Below are positions 18,911 through 27,499 of a stretch of 64,000 bases of DNA, one piece after another. Location: positions 922-64,921 of the forward strand of contig JAZKZP010000093.1 of the NCBI GenBank assembly GCA_045612715.1, given 5' to 3'. This DNA comes from Eubacteriales bacterium (GTDB lineage: Bacteria > Bacillota > Clostridia > Oscillospirales > CAG-272). A program made the translations under genes and the position numbers. Each line of letters begins with the position of its first letter. Positions within the stretch are counted from its first letter, which is position 1. The notes under the pieces were generated by a model. It was not told the origin of the DNA, searched no databases, and saw only the letters and a program-made list of their open reading frames with translations.

Positions 18911-21112
18911 TTATGTTTCTTCTTCCTCATCATCGTAGAGAAGAAGGTTAATGTTGCTACGTTTTGGTAAATCTTTTACTGATTTTACAACATAGTCAAC
19001 AGGGGGATTGTCTTCTGGTGAAATGCACAGGACATTCTCATTTAAGGTAATACCTGCCGTGAGATTTCCGTTACGTTCTTCAAATTCAATAGCAGTCGAT
19101 ACAAGCTTATAACCTTTAGGAAGGTTAAGCTCTAGTAAGGATAGGATATTGAATACATCTTGACCGCAAACAACGCTGTCTTTTCCGCTTTCCGTAAAGT
19201 AAAGAGTCAAACTATTCTGTGCCATCTTCTTCTTAGAAAGTAGTAGAGCTTGTTGTTCAGGAAGAGGAATTGCATATAACGTGCAATTTCTACCTATTGA
19301 CATCCTCGCCTTGAAGGAGCTGTTCAGCGTTATAGCAAACGAGTTCATTTCTGCCCTCGTTATGGTAAGGCTTGGTATCTCCTTCAAAGCATTTAAGTGT
19401 CTATATTCTGTTACGTTGCATTCGTTTGCAATATAAGCATTGAGATTTTGCAAGCTCATATTCAAGTCGGATACTTCGCTAATTTTCTTTATTATACTAT
19501 CGGCTTTTGGAAGAATTATGCAACAGTACTTTGCAGGTATTCCTCCAAAAGTTTGGTCGGTATAGTAGTACCGACTATAAAATTTTACAGTATATTCTTT
19601 GGATTCCAATGCTTGCATCGTTTTGGTGGGATTTTTCATTTCTTGAGGTAATATCTTATTTTTAAGGATATCCTCTTGGATCCACACACAGGCTTTGCAT
19701 TTATAGAATCCTGTTGCGCCCCAGAAGGAGCTGTAATGTTTTGCTCTGCCTTTAGCTTTCGGCGATAGGCTCTCGACAGTCGGGAACATATTGCGATTAC
19801 TAGCTACAAAGCCAACTATTTTGTCAAGCAGCTTATCAGCATAATCTCTGTCATCACGAGCGGCGATTGTAGCCTTGATGTGACGAATGAGATACTTTTG
19901 CACCGCTTTTAAGTTGAAGTTGCATTTGATAGCTTTTCTTAAGATGTAGCCTGATGTTACAATTATTGCGCCTCGCTGTATTAAACGTCTTGTTGTAGGC
20001 GCGATTTCACCTTTAAAATCAAGTAACATTTTTTTATAGCATTTTTGATAATATGAGAAAAGCTTTTCATTTTCTTTGTCGTCAAGCAAAAGCTTCACGA
20101 GGGGCTCGGTTGCCCATCCGTAGTTGTTAAAGGTTACTTGACGTATCTCTTCAGTTAACCAAGGTTCCTTATCAAAGCACGAAAGTGAAAACTCCATGAT
20201 TCTTGCACTCTCGCCACCAAAGTTAAGAGTCCTGTCTAAAATTGATACTTCACTCGTCATTATAATAGAACCGCTGAATTCAACCAAAGGTCTAAGCTTA
20301 CCTTTATTATTCAAGCGACGTTTCTCTTTGCCTGTAGGTAGCGTGTATAGTAACTCCGTCCAATCAAGGTTTGGAGTGTACGTGGCTTCATCGCAGAGAA
20401 ATGGATAAGAATTCCTTTCTTGCAACATAGCGTATAATGCTCCTGAAGTGGCATTGAAACCATCTATAAAGTATCTCGGAGATCCATAACAACTGCTTAT
20501 TAAGAAAAGTGAAGTTGTTTTTCCGCGAGAAGTTTTATTGACTAGGGCATATAAATTTAACTCTGTGAATACACCTGCTTCCTTTAATATATATGTTACA
20601 GGTGCAGTAGCACCCAACATCAGTATCAAAGCACGTTCGGGATTGTTTACGAAATGCTTACGAATAAAATCGCGCCACACTTCAAAACTGCCTTTGGGTT
20701 CTAATACCCTTTGCCATTCCTTGTTAACAGAAGAGAGCTGCTTCTGCGTTAAGTCGCCTATGGGGTTATAAGCGCAGAAGCACTTCTTGCCGCCGATTTC
20801 TGTAAACCCTACCTTATTATGATAGTATACAATAGGAGCTTTTTTTTCGGCATCGTCAAGCTCTTCTCTTAAAACTTCATATGCCTTATCATCTTCGATA
20901 ATTGATAGTCCGTGGAGTGTTAATTTGTCAAAGAACTTTCTTTTGGTGAATTCGTCCCTTGGTACAGTAAAAGGAATGCTGTTGTGGGGAGTGGAGACTT
21001 GAATCGTCAAGCTTTCCTCACCTGTGAACAGATTAATGGACTTTTCGAGAACCTTAATTTCTTCCTCTGTGCCTTGAGACGAATCCACATTTACGATATC
21101 TTGAGAATTCAT
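18911..21112 (-). CDS. DUF927-type (Cch/MCM-like, SF3-related) putative replicative helicase
   Basis: 733 aa with a Walker A-like motif (LVNKTSRGKTTSL) and Walker B (PFLCDEATY) in the centre, the layout I associate with DUF927/Cch helicases of SCC elements. Confidence 0.65.
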   Translation of the reverse strand: MNSQDIVNVDSSQGTEEEIKVLEKSINLFTGEESLTIQVSTPHNSIPFTVPRDEFTKRKFFDKLTLHGLSIIEDDKAYEVLREELDDAEKKAPIVYYHNKVGFTEIGGKKCFCAYNPIGDLTQKQLSSVNKEWQRVLEPKGSFEVWRDFIRKHFVNNPERALILMLGATAPVTYILKEAGVFTELNLYALVNKTSRGKTTSLFLISSCYGSPRYFIDGFNATSGALYAMLQERNSYPFLCDEATYTPNLDWTELLYTLPTGKEKRRLNNKGKLRPLVEFSGSIIMTSEVSILDRTLNFGGESARIMEFSLSCFDKEPWLTEEIRQVTFNNYGWATEPLVKLLLDDKENEKLFSYYQKCYKKMLLDFKGEIAPTTRRLIQRGAIIVTSGYILRKAIKCNFNLKAVQKYLIRHIKATIAARDDRDYADKLLDKIVGFVASNRNMFPTVESLSPKAKGRAKHYSSFWGATGFYKCKACVWIQEDILKNKILPQEMKNPTKTMQALESKEYTVKFYSRYYYTDQTFGGIPAKYCCIILPKADSIIKKISEVSDLNMSLQNLNAYIANECNVTEYRHLNALKEIPSLTITRAEMNSFAITLNSSFKARMSIGRNCTLYAIPLPEQQALLLSKKKMAQNSLTLYFTESGKDSVVCGQDVFNILSLLELNLPKGYKLVSTAIEFEERNGNLTAGITLNENVLCISPEDNPPVDYVVKSVKDLPKRSNINLLLYDDEEEET

Positions 21113-21462
21113 CTTATGAATTCACGCTTAACGATATTAAGATACGTGTTGCCGTTATAAGCTTCGACATCATCGAATGTAAGCATTTCTGTATGACCAA
21201 CGAAGTCAATTGGATCCTCGATGCCGTTTGCTTCAAGATAGTCGAAAAAATCCACAGTACGCTTGTTTCTATTACTGTTCATAAAAATTTCACGATACTG
21301 ATGAATTTTGCCATCGCAAGTAATGTTGTAGGAAATTTCAATAGCTTCCTTTTCGCCATACTTATCAGCCCATGCAACATTAGTTACCACTGAATTGTAA
21401 GTTCCAGGAATAATCTGATGCTTAGCCTTTTTATGGGCTAATCTTTTCTGAATATTGATCAT
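21109..21462 (-). CDS. Hypothetical protein (117 aa), translationally coupled to the helicase
   Basis: Its stop overlaps the helicase start (ATGA at 21109-21112). The AAGGAGG Shine-Dalgarno is strong. Its position parallels the small ssDNA-binding partner upstream of cch in SCC elements, which is inference only. Confidence 0.55.
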   Translation of the reverse strand: MINIQKRLAHKKAKHQIIPGTYNSVVTNVAWADKYGEKEAIEISYNITCDGKIHQYREIFMNSNRNKRTVDFFDYLEANGIEDPIDFVGHTEMLTFDDVEAYNGNTYLNIVKREFIR

Positions 21463-21524
21463 GTCAATACCTCCTTATTAGTATAATTTTTTTGATATAT
21501 TTGCTCTTTCTGGAGCTTGCTTTT

Positions 21525-21553
21525 ATTGTATCATAAATTTCCAAAAAATTCAA
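21525..21553 (-). promoter_or_regulatory. Sigma-A-type promoter of the helicase operon
   Basis: On the minus strand: TTGAAT, 17-nt spacer, TACAAT. Confidence 0.4.
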
Positions 21554-21708
21554 TAAGATATTGAAAAAAGATTAAAAAGAGCAAAAAAAGCAGTTATTTA
21601 CCACAATTAATCAAAAAAACCACCAAAACGCGCACTTTTGTGGGAAATGACTCAAAAGTGCTCATCTTGATTATTTTGATATTTTTTATGATTTTGACCA
21701 TTTTTAAC

Positions 21709-21770
21709 CCCCTAGGATTTCCTATGGCAGAAGACGTGCCTTACCCGTGATGGCTAGGATCGACTGGCAC
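21709..21770. repeat. Internal copy of the island-end repeat motif
   Basis: ctaggatttcctatggcagaag...gctaggatcgactgg resembles the 94-bp units at 32367-32660 (ctaggatttcctag...atcgactct). Confidence 0.45.
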
Positions 21771-21959
21771 CCTTAAAAATGCTAAAATTATTGTTTTTTT
21801 GATGTGATTGGATTGTCAGGGAACAATTACGATGTGATATGTATTGCTTATTAACACCAAACGAAAAGAAAAAAAACAGAAATACTAAACTTTGTATTTT
21901 TGCATTTTTGCATTTTTTATACATATAACTTGCAAAAAAAAGACGAGCTAACCGCAAGG

Positions 21960-23549
21960 TCAGCTCGTCTTTCTCCTTTCATAAATTTCTTGCCTACGAA
22001 CCTCATAAGCAATATCAAGCGCTGGGAATATATCAAGTCCTGTTTTTAAGCTGATTTTAACATTGTATGTACCCACATCTATGCGATCAATGAAGTTTTG
22101 AATAAATTCCTTGTACTCAGGGGAAGCAGGGGAGTCTTTCACGGCTCGGTATTCTCCCAAAATCATCGGGATGTCGATTTTGGGAACGATGTTGCAGATT
22201 TTCTCTGCAGTTGCGCCGTTGCAGAGTTCCTTTTTGCGTTGCTCCAACTCCTTGAGTCTTGCCACAAGGATGTCCGACAGGAGCCCTGCCTCTATGGCTT
22301 CTGCAATGTTCCTTTTGGCGGCTTCTATTTCTTTCAGCTCCATTTGGCGCTGGTTCTCTGTGGGAATTTCTGTTGTCTGCGCGTGCTTCTCGATTTTCCG
22401 TTGGAGCTTTTTGAGGGAGCTTGTGTTGAGGATTTCTTTTTCGAGCAAATCTATAACATAACTCTCAAGGTAATTACGATTAATTTCCTTATTGCAACAA
22501 CAGTATTTGCGGCTAGGACATTTATAGGTAACGTGTAATAGTTTGGAACGTCCCGAAAAACGAGAGTTACCATTCATAGCCTTGCCACATTCCTTGCAGA
22601 AAACTTTCCCCGACAAAAGATAGCTCTGTTTAGCATTCTCTCTGCCACCAGTATGCCTATGCTCAGTAATGCGCTCTTGAACATTTGCGTAGAGCTCTTT
22701 TGACACTATCTGGGGACAACCGCCTTCAATGAAGATGATATCTTCCTCGTCTTTGTACAGATGGTTATTGCGTTTGCCCTCACTTGTTTTAGCTGAACAT
22801 CTGTTATAGCAATACAATCCTTGATATTTGGGGTTGGAGAGTATTCCGTATAAGCTATTCTTTTGAAAATCATTTCCTATCTTTGTTTTATAGTTGAGCT
22901 CGTGCAATCGGTCAAGGATGGCAGAATAGCCATATCCGTTGCCATACATCTCAAAAATAAGCTTTACTGCTTCAGCTTCTTCCTCATTAATTACAAGCTT
23001 ACGAGTTTCGGGGTCTATATCATACCCAAGAGGAGCAATACCGCCTGTGTGTTTGCATTGTAATGCATTCTCCTTAAGACCTTTTATGGTCTCCCTTGCG
23101 AGGTTTTGAGAGTAGTATTCAGCCATTCCTTCTAGTACTGCTTCCATCATTATGCTTTCGGGAGAATCGTCAAGGTTTTCGAGAACACTATAGACCGTTA
23201 CACCATTTTTCTTAAGTTCGCGTTTATATACTGCGGAGTCATACCTATTACGAGCAAATCTGTCAAGCTTATGAACCAAGACAATATTGAAAGCACGAGA
23301 AGCACTATCATTAATCATCTTTTGGAAGGAAGGGCGGCGGTCGGTGGTAGCACTTTTTGCTTCATCAATATAAGTGTCAACAATTATGAAGTTATGCTGT
23401 TGGCAATATAATTTCATTGCCCTCAGCTGTGCATCGATGCTTTCTGTTCTTTGGTTATCGCTGCTGAATCTTGCATATAGTGCTACTTTGTTGTTCGTGC
23501 GGATCATAGGAACTTGTTCCTTTCTTTTCTTTTTTGTATGCTCCCACAA
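21960..23549 (-). CDS. Large serine recombinase 2
   Basis: VALYARFSSDNQ catalytic Ser motif, VLVHKLDRFARN, a recombinase domain, a zinc ribbon (CKECGKAM...YKCPSRKYCCC) and a coiled coil. The terminator hairpin overlaps the stop codon. Confidence 0.9.
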   Translation of the reverse strand: MWEHTKKKRKEQVPMIRTNNKVALYARFSSDNQRTESIDAQLRAMKLYCQQHNFIIVDTYIDEAKSATTDRRPSFQKMINDSASRAFNIVLVHKLDRFARNRYDSAVYKRELKKNGVTVYSVLENLDDSPESIMMEAVLEGMAEYYSQNLARETIKGLKENALQCKHTGGIAPLGYDIDPETRKLVINEEEAEAVKLIFEMYGNGYGYSAILDRLHELNYKTKIGNDFQKNSLYGILSNPKYQGLYCYNRCSAKTSEGKRNNHLYKDEEDIIFIEGGCPQIVSKELYANVQERITEHRHTGGRENAKQSYLLSGKVFCKECGKAMNGNSRFSGRSKLLHVTYKCPSRKYCCCNKEINRNYLESYVIDLLEKEILNTSSLKKLQRKIEKHAQTTEIPTENQRQMELKEIEAAKRNIAEAIEAGLLSDILVARLKELEQRKKELCNGATAEKICNIVPKIDIPMILGEYRAVKDSPASPEYKEFIQNFIDRIDVGTYNVKISLKTGLDIFPALDIAYEVRRQEIYERRKTS

Positions 23550-23572
23550 ACGTTTGTGGGAGCTTGTTGTGA

Positions 23573-24106
23573 TTATGCATCAAGTTCGGGTGTGTATGGT
23601 TCAAGAATCCATCCTTGACGGCAACTTGGTGTGAGTGGGTGTATACCTGCCTTTTCTCCGTCACTTATTACTCTAAACTTTTCTTTGTGGTCTTCGAGCA
23701 AATCTATTACTTGATTAGCTCTATTGCTAATACGAACATTAAGCTCAGCGCCGCGACCATAAGCAAGTATAATTGTATCGGATTCTTGGGCGGCTTTAAG
23801 AATAAACTGATCGTTCTCATAACAATTTAGTTGCATATCTGATGACCACCTCATTTGTAGCTTGGCGCTTATTTTAGTAAATAAATTAACGCATATAAAA
23901 CCACCCCAGCGCTCTTGACGAGCAACGTTGCTTTGTATTAATGATACCGTAGTATCTAAAACAATATTGTCTGCTAATGCAGGCGATATAGTTATTACTG
24001 TACATAATGGAAGGTCTTTGTTCCATACTTTTTTGAAATATAATCTGTGTTCTTTGTCATCGGAAAAGATGCTTTCACATTTTACTGTGTCTTTTTCTGT
24101 AATCAT
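23573..24106 (-). CDS. DUF1643-domain protein
   Basis: DKEHRLYFKKVWNKDLPLCTVITISPALAD...ICVNLF...ILAYGRG fits the DUF1643 pattern. The family is also conserved next to ccr recombinases in SCC elements. Confidence 0.65.
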   Translation of the reverse strand: MITEKDTVKCESIFSDDKEHRLYFKKVWNKDLPLCTVITISPALADNIVLDTTVSLIQSNVARQERWGGFICVNLFTKISAKLQMRWSSDMQLNCYENDQFILKAAQESDTIILAYGRGAELNVRISNRANQVIDLLEDHKEKFRVISDGEKAGIHPLTPSCRQGWILEPYTPELDA

Positions 24107-24459
24107 ATTTTTTCTCCTTGAATATCTATAAGTATTTCTTCGGGAATATCATCCCCATATAAAACAAGAGTAATTACGGTTTCGTTATCTATAAGGTAAT
24201 GGATAACGCAAAGTGAAGCAATTACTTCGAGGTACTCAAAACGTCTACAAGAGATGTCTAAGTAATTTTTTATCTCTTTAGCTTTAGTGTTTTTCGGGCA
24301 GTATAGTATGTAACCACCAACATTGTCTATAAGCTTTTCTTCATCTTGAGATTGTACCATAGCTTCTGTATAGTAAGTTAAAACCGCTTTGGCTTCATCA
24401 TCAATGTCTTTAATGTTTTCAAGGTCATTGAGGTTATTAATCTTATATACCATCCTCAT
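24103..24459 (-). CDS. Hypothetical protein (118 aa)
   Basis: The start is trimmed to ATG at 24459 (MRMVYKINN), which has an AAGGCAGGTG Shine-Dalgarno. The longer ORF would overlap the DUF3846 gene by 140 nt. Its stop overlaps the next start (ATGA). Confidence 0.5.
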   Translation of the reverse strand: MRMVYKINNLNDLENIKDIDDEAKAVLTYYTEAMVQSQDEEKLIDNVGGYILYCPKNTKAKEIKNYLDISCRRFEYLEVIASLCVIHYLIDNETVITLVLYGDDIPEEILIDIQGEKI

Positions 24460-24838
24460 CACCTGCCTTGAAGATGCGGAAAAATATTGTGTTTTCAATG
24501 CTTTCTTTACTAATTTTGTCGGGATTATAGAACATTGAAGTATAGTGTTCCTGTTGCTCAGGGGTAAGAGAGATAAGTTCACCAGTTTTTGGATTGGTTC
24601 TGACTATATAAAATGTACCGCAAATAATATCCTGATGTGAATGTAATCTGCGATTGGGAGGGAGTCCGACGATTTTTGCTTCCTCGTTACATAAAATTTC
24701 TACATTATCACCGAGCCAAACAAACTCAATCAATCCACCTACCGCCTTTTGCAAAGAATCGAGATCGGTGTTTAGGTCTACCACACAGGGATGCTTGTTT
24801 GGTTCAATCATTAATGCTTTGATTGTCTTTTCTTTCAT
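24443..24838 (-). CDS. DUF3846-domain protein
   Basis: IKALMIEPNKHPCVVDLNTDLDSLQKAVGGLIEFVWLGDNVEILCNEEAKIVGLPPNRRL...ICGTFYIV matches the DUF3846 consensus common in conjugative and integrative elements. Confidence 0.65.
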   Translation of the reverse strand: MKEKTIKALMIEPNKHPCVVDLNTDLDSLQKAVGGLIEFVWLGDNVEILCNEEAKIVGLPPNRRLHSHQDIICGTFYIVRTNPKTGELISLTPEQQEHYTSMFYNPDKISKESIENTIFFRIFKAGDEDGI

Positions 24839-24863
24839 AATAAAAACTCCTTAAATAAAAAAT

Positions 24864-24893
24864 ATCGGTAATAGCGCTGTGGCTATTACCGAT
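24864..24893. repeat. Left copy of the 30-bp hairpin-forming inverted repeat (also a minus-strand terminator)
   Basis: atcggtaatagcgctgtggctattaccgat. Its reverse complement matches 26695-26724 at 29/30 positions. Confidence 0.8.
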
Positions 24894-24995
24894 TACTTTT
24901 AATATATATATCCATATTTTGGTGAATTTCGGATAATGTTCTTAATATAATATTTGAAAAGATAAATTTTTTGTTTCGACATTTAAATTTATTAT

Positions 24996-25024
24996 TTGAC
25001 AAGATAGGAGTTTTATGATATAAT
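24996..25024 (+). promoter_or_regulatory. Sigma-A-type promoter of the TM-protein/HTH cassette
   Basis: TTGACA, 17-nt spacer, TATAAT, 30 nt upstream of the ATG at 25054. Confidence 0.5.
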
Positions 25025-25053
25025 AGTTCCAAGATATTCTATGAGAGGTACAT

Positions 25054-26475
25054 ATGCCAGAACTATTATATAAATTGCTTAATATGTGGAAAAAGAATAT
25101 TTCTTTTTTGCTGGTTTTTTTCTTGTTTCTTATTAGTGAAATACCGTACATTACATCCATACAAGAGACTTGTGGTACACCGTGGTATAAATGTATAAAT
25201 TATTTTTATGTGTTTTTATGGTCATTGCCGACACTTGTAATATTGGTATATATTATCTTTATGAGAAACTATATGCCTAAAGCTAAGAAAAATACCAAAG
25301 GTATTGTTTTTTACATCATTAATGCTAATGAAAAACAGTATGAAGCTATTACTAAAAAATTCATAGCACAGTTTGAAAAGGCTGTTCTTAGAGAGACACC
25401 TGAATATAGTGTAGTTGTTATTGATGATTATCATTCTAAAAAGTATTATTCTATATTGTGTGATACCCAAACTAACGATGATGGTCAAACTCAGGCGAAA
25501 ATATTACAAAAACGAAGAGGTTGTATTGCTATATTAATAGATTGTATAAACGGGGGAGACGGTGAAGATTTATTTTGTCATATGACTACGAGAGTAGGTG
25601 TTACTCATCAGACCCTTTCACCTGAGATACGAGACTATTTAGTACGAGATATATCAATCGCTTTTTATCCATTAAGAAATGTTGATATTATGAAATTAAG
25701 CGAAACATCAGATCTTTCTAATTATTCTATATCTATGGATGTGATATGTAAATATATTTTGGCAAGTACATGTTTTCACTGTGGAGACTTCCAAGAAGCA
25801 ATAAATCTGTTGGAAATAATTAGTAATAGTATATCCGCAAAAAAAGATTTGCCAGATGCAATCATTCCAATAAAGAATGTCCTTAGTGAAAGATTAGCAG
25901 TATGCTATAAAGTTAAAGCTCAATTTGAATACAATATGTACTGTATGGATCATAACGAAAATCATTTAGTAAAAGTTCGTGAGGCAATTAATAACAAGCA
26001 TTGTAAAGCAGTATATGGTAGTGATAACAAAATACTTGAAGGTATTTGCTGTTTTGTCTTGGAAAAGGATGTCAAGTATGCATTAAAATGTATGGATTCG
26101 TATAATAAAAAGAATGCTGTTATTAAGTACAATAAAATTTTCCTATTGCTGTATAGTGATTGTACCGCCAATATTATCGGAAAGGCATATAATATATACA
26201 AGTCTTTTGAAACACTTTCGACTCCTGTTCAGGATCAAATTGAAGCTTTTACATATCACGAATATCAAAAAGATAATAGTAAAAAGCAACTACTATTAAT
26301 TTTGTTTTTTATATACGATTACCAAAATAATATGCCTCTAGCTAAGCGCTGCTTAGACCAGTTTAGCGAAGCTTTTCCTTGGATAAAAGAAAGTGGAGTT
26401 TCTACAATATTTGAGGGGTTTAATGAAAAATATGCCAATATAAACTCTGAAGAAGGAGAAGGGGATAGTATATGA
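25054..26475 (+). CDS. Membrane-anchored protein with an alpha/beta domain and a helical-repeat C-terminus, function unknown
   Basis: 473 aa with two N-terminal TM helices, then a region of alternating beta and alpha elements (GIVFYIINANEKQYEAI...VVVIDDYH...CIAILIDC), then about 250 aa of helical TPR-like sequence and an acidic tail. Confidence 0.6.
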   Translation: MPELLYKLLNMWKKNISFLLVFFLFLISEIPYITSIQETCGTPWYKCINYFYVFLWSLPTLVILVYIIFMRNYMPKAKKNTKGIVFYIINANEKQYEAITKKFIAQFEKAVLRETPEYSVVVIDDYHSKKYYSILCDTQTNDDGQTQAKILQKRRGCIAILIDCINGGDGEDLFCHMTTRVGVTHQTLSPEIRDYLVRDISIAFYPLRNVDIMKLSETSDLSNYSISMDVICKYILASTCFHCGDFQEAINLLEIISNSISAKKDLPDAIIPIKNVLSERLAVCYKVKAQFEYNMYCMDHNENHLVKVREAINNKHCKAVYGSDNKILEGICCFVLEKDVKYALKCMDSYNKKNAVIKYNKIFLLLYSDCTANIIGKAYNIYKSFETLSTPVQDQIEAFTYHEYQKDNSKKQLLLILFFIYDYQNNMPLAKRCLDQFSEAFPWIKESGVSTIFEGFNEKYANINSEEGEGDSI

Positions 26476-26675
26476 GAATTACATATAAAAAGCTGTGGAA
26501 AAGATTGATTGATTTGGAAATGTCCAAAACTGATTTAAGAGAAAAAACGGGTATATCTACAGTTACTCTCGCCAAACTAGGAAAAGATCAAATAGTTAGC
26601 ATGGAAGTACTTATGAAAATATGTAAGGTACTATCTTGCAATATAGATGAGATTTGTGATTTTGTAGAGGATTAG
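26472..26675 (+). CDS. Mini helix-turn-helix regulator (YozG/HTH_26-like, 67 aa)
   Basis: MSKTDLREKTGISTVTLAKLGKDQIVSMEVLMKICKVLSCNIDEICDFV fits the short XRE-like family. Its start overlaps the upstream stop (ATGA). Confidence 0.75.
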   Translation: MRITYKKLWKRLIDLEMSKTDLREKTGISTVTLAKLGKDQIVSMEVLMKICKVLSCNIDEICDFVED

Positions 26676-26693
26676 TTTATATGAAACAAAAAT

Positions 26694-26725
26694 AATCGGT
26701 AATAGCCACAGTGCTATTACCGATT
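26694..26725. repeat. Right copy of the 30-bp hairpin inverted repeat (also a plus-strand terminator)
   Basis: aatcggtaatagccacagtgctattaccgatt followed by a T-run. Confidence 0.8.
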
Positions 26726-26795
26726 ATTTTTATAACGTATAAGTGTGAATTTTAATTTTTTGTTGTTCAAAAAGCAAGCTGAAAAGACATTCATA

Positions 26796-26996
26796 TTATT
26801 CGTTGACATCATTCGCACAGCTATACTTATTGATTGCGACTTCAAAATCGTCTCTCAGTACATACATTCTTCCACCGATGGTTGTGACAGTTGTGTTCTT
26901 TTTTAGAAATTCACGTATTTTTTTGACACTTAAGGGCAGGTACTCTTTTTGTATTTCCTTGACCGATAAGTATCTACGTTCTATTTTTGTTGCCAT
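26796..26996 (-). CDS. Excisionase-family (HTH_17-like) DNA-binding protein
   Basis: YLSVKEIQKEYLPLSVKKIREFLKKN..TIGGRMYVLRDDFEVAI resembles the Xis/MerR-type HTH pattern. Confidence 0.55.
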   Translation of the reverse strand: MATKIERRYLSVKEIQKEYLPLSVKKIREFLKKNTTVTTIGGRMYVLRDDFEVAINKYSCANDVNE

Positions 26997-27105
26997 ATGC
27001 GTACTCCTTTATTGTTTTTAATTATTTGTTGTCTTTTTGATTTAAGAGCCAAGAAAGGAGAAACAAAAAAGACAGAGAATCCTGTCTTTGATGATATTAT
27101 TGTAG

Positions 27106-27348
27106 TTATTTTATTTCTTGCTCCAGATTATCAAACAAATTAGATTGAAAAAACTCTAATACAGATATATTCAAGCCGTCGCAAATCTTTTTAATAGTTG
27201 AGATAGTTACACTATGATTTCTGCCGCTAACAATATTGTTTAATGTGGATTGCGTTATTCCGCTCATAGTGGCGAGTTTATTTATAGTAATTTTGCGCTC
27301 ATTACACAATTCTTCTATCCTTTTTTTAGTTGCTTCCCCAATTGTCAA
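27106..27348 (-). CDS. XRE-family transcriptional regulator (80 aa)
   Basis: ITINKLATMSGITQSTLNNIVSGRNHSVTISTIKKICDGLNISVLEFF is a classic Cro/CI HTH. The gene is divergent from the radical-SAM operon. Confidence 0.8.
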   Translation of the reverse strand: MTIGEATKKRIEELCNERKITINKLATMSGITQSTLNNIVSGRNHSVTISTIKKICDGLNISVLEFFQSNLFDNLEQEIK

Positions 27349-27429
27349 CTATCTCACCACCTTTCATATGAATATCACAATACAAATATATTGTACCTTT
27401 TTTTGATCCAAAAGTTTAACTCAAAAGAG

Positions 27430-27458
27430 TTGACTTTTGCTCATCTATATGATATACT
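27430..27458 (+). promoter_or_regulatory. Sigma-A-type promoter of the radical-SAM/GmrSD operon
   Basis: TTGACT (27430-27435), 17-nt spacer, TATACT (27453-27458), in the 151-bp divergent intergenic region. Confidence 0.45.
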
Positions 27459-27499
27459 TTATAAAAAACAAATTTTTATATTTAGTAGTGGAGAAGTAT

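Noticed and set aside
21754-21957. 67-aa minus-strand ORF in the LSR2-helicase intergenic region
   Set aside because: It is low-complexity (F/K-rich) and spans the LSR2 terminator and the repeat motif, with no Shine-Dalgarno.
27437-27499. Longer N-terminus (MLIYMIYFIKNKF...) for the radical-SAM ORF
   Set aside because: It overlaps the predicted -10 box and has no Shine-Dalgarno. The ATG at 27500 has a GGAGAAG Shine-Dalgarno and starts the conserved-looking domain.
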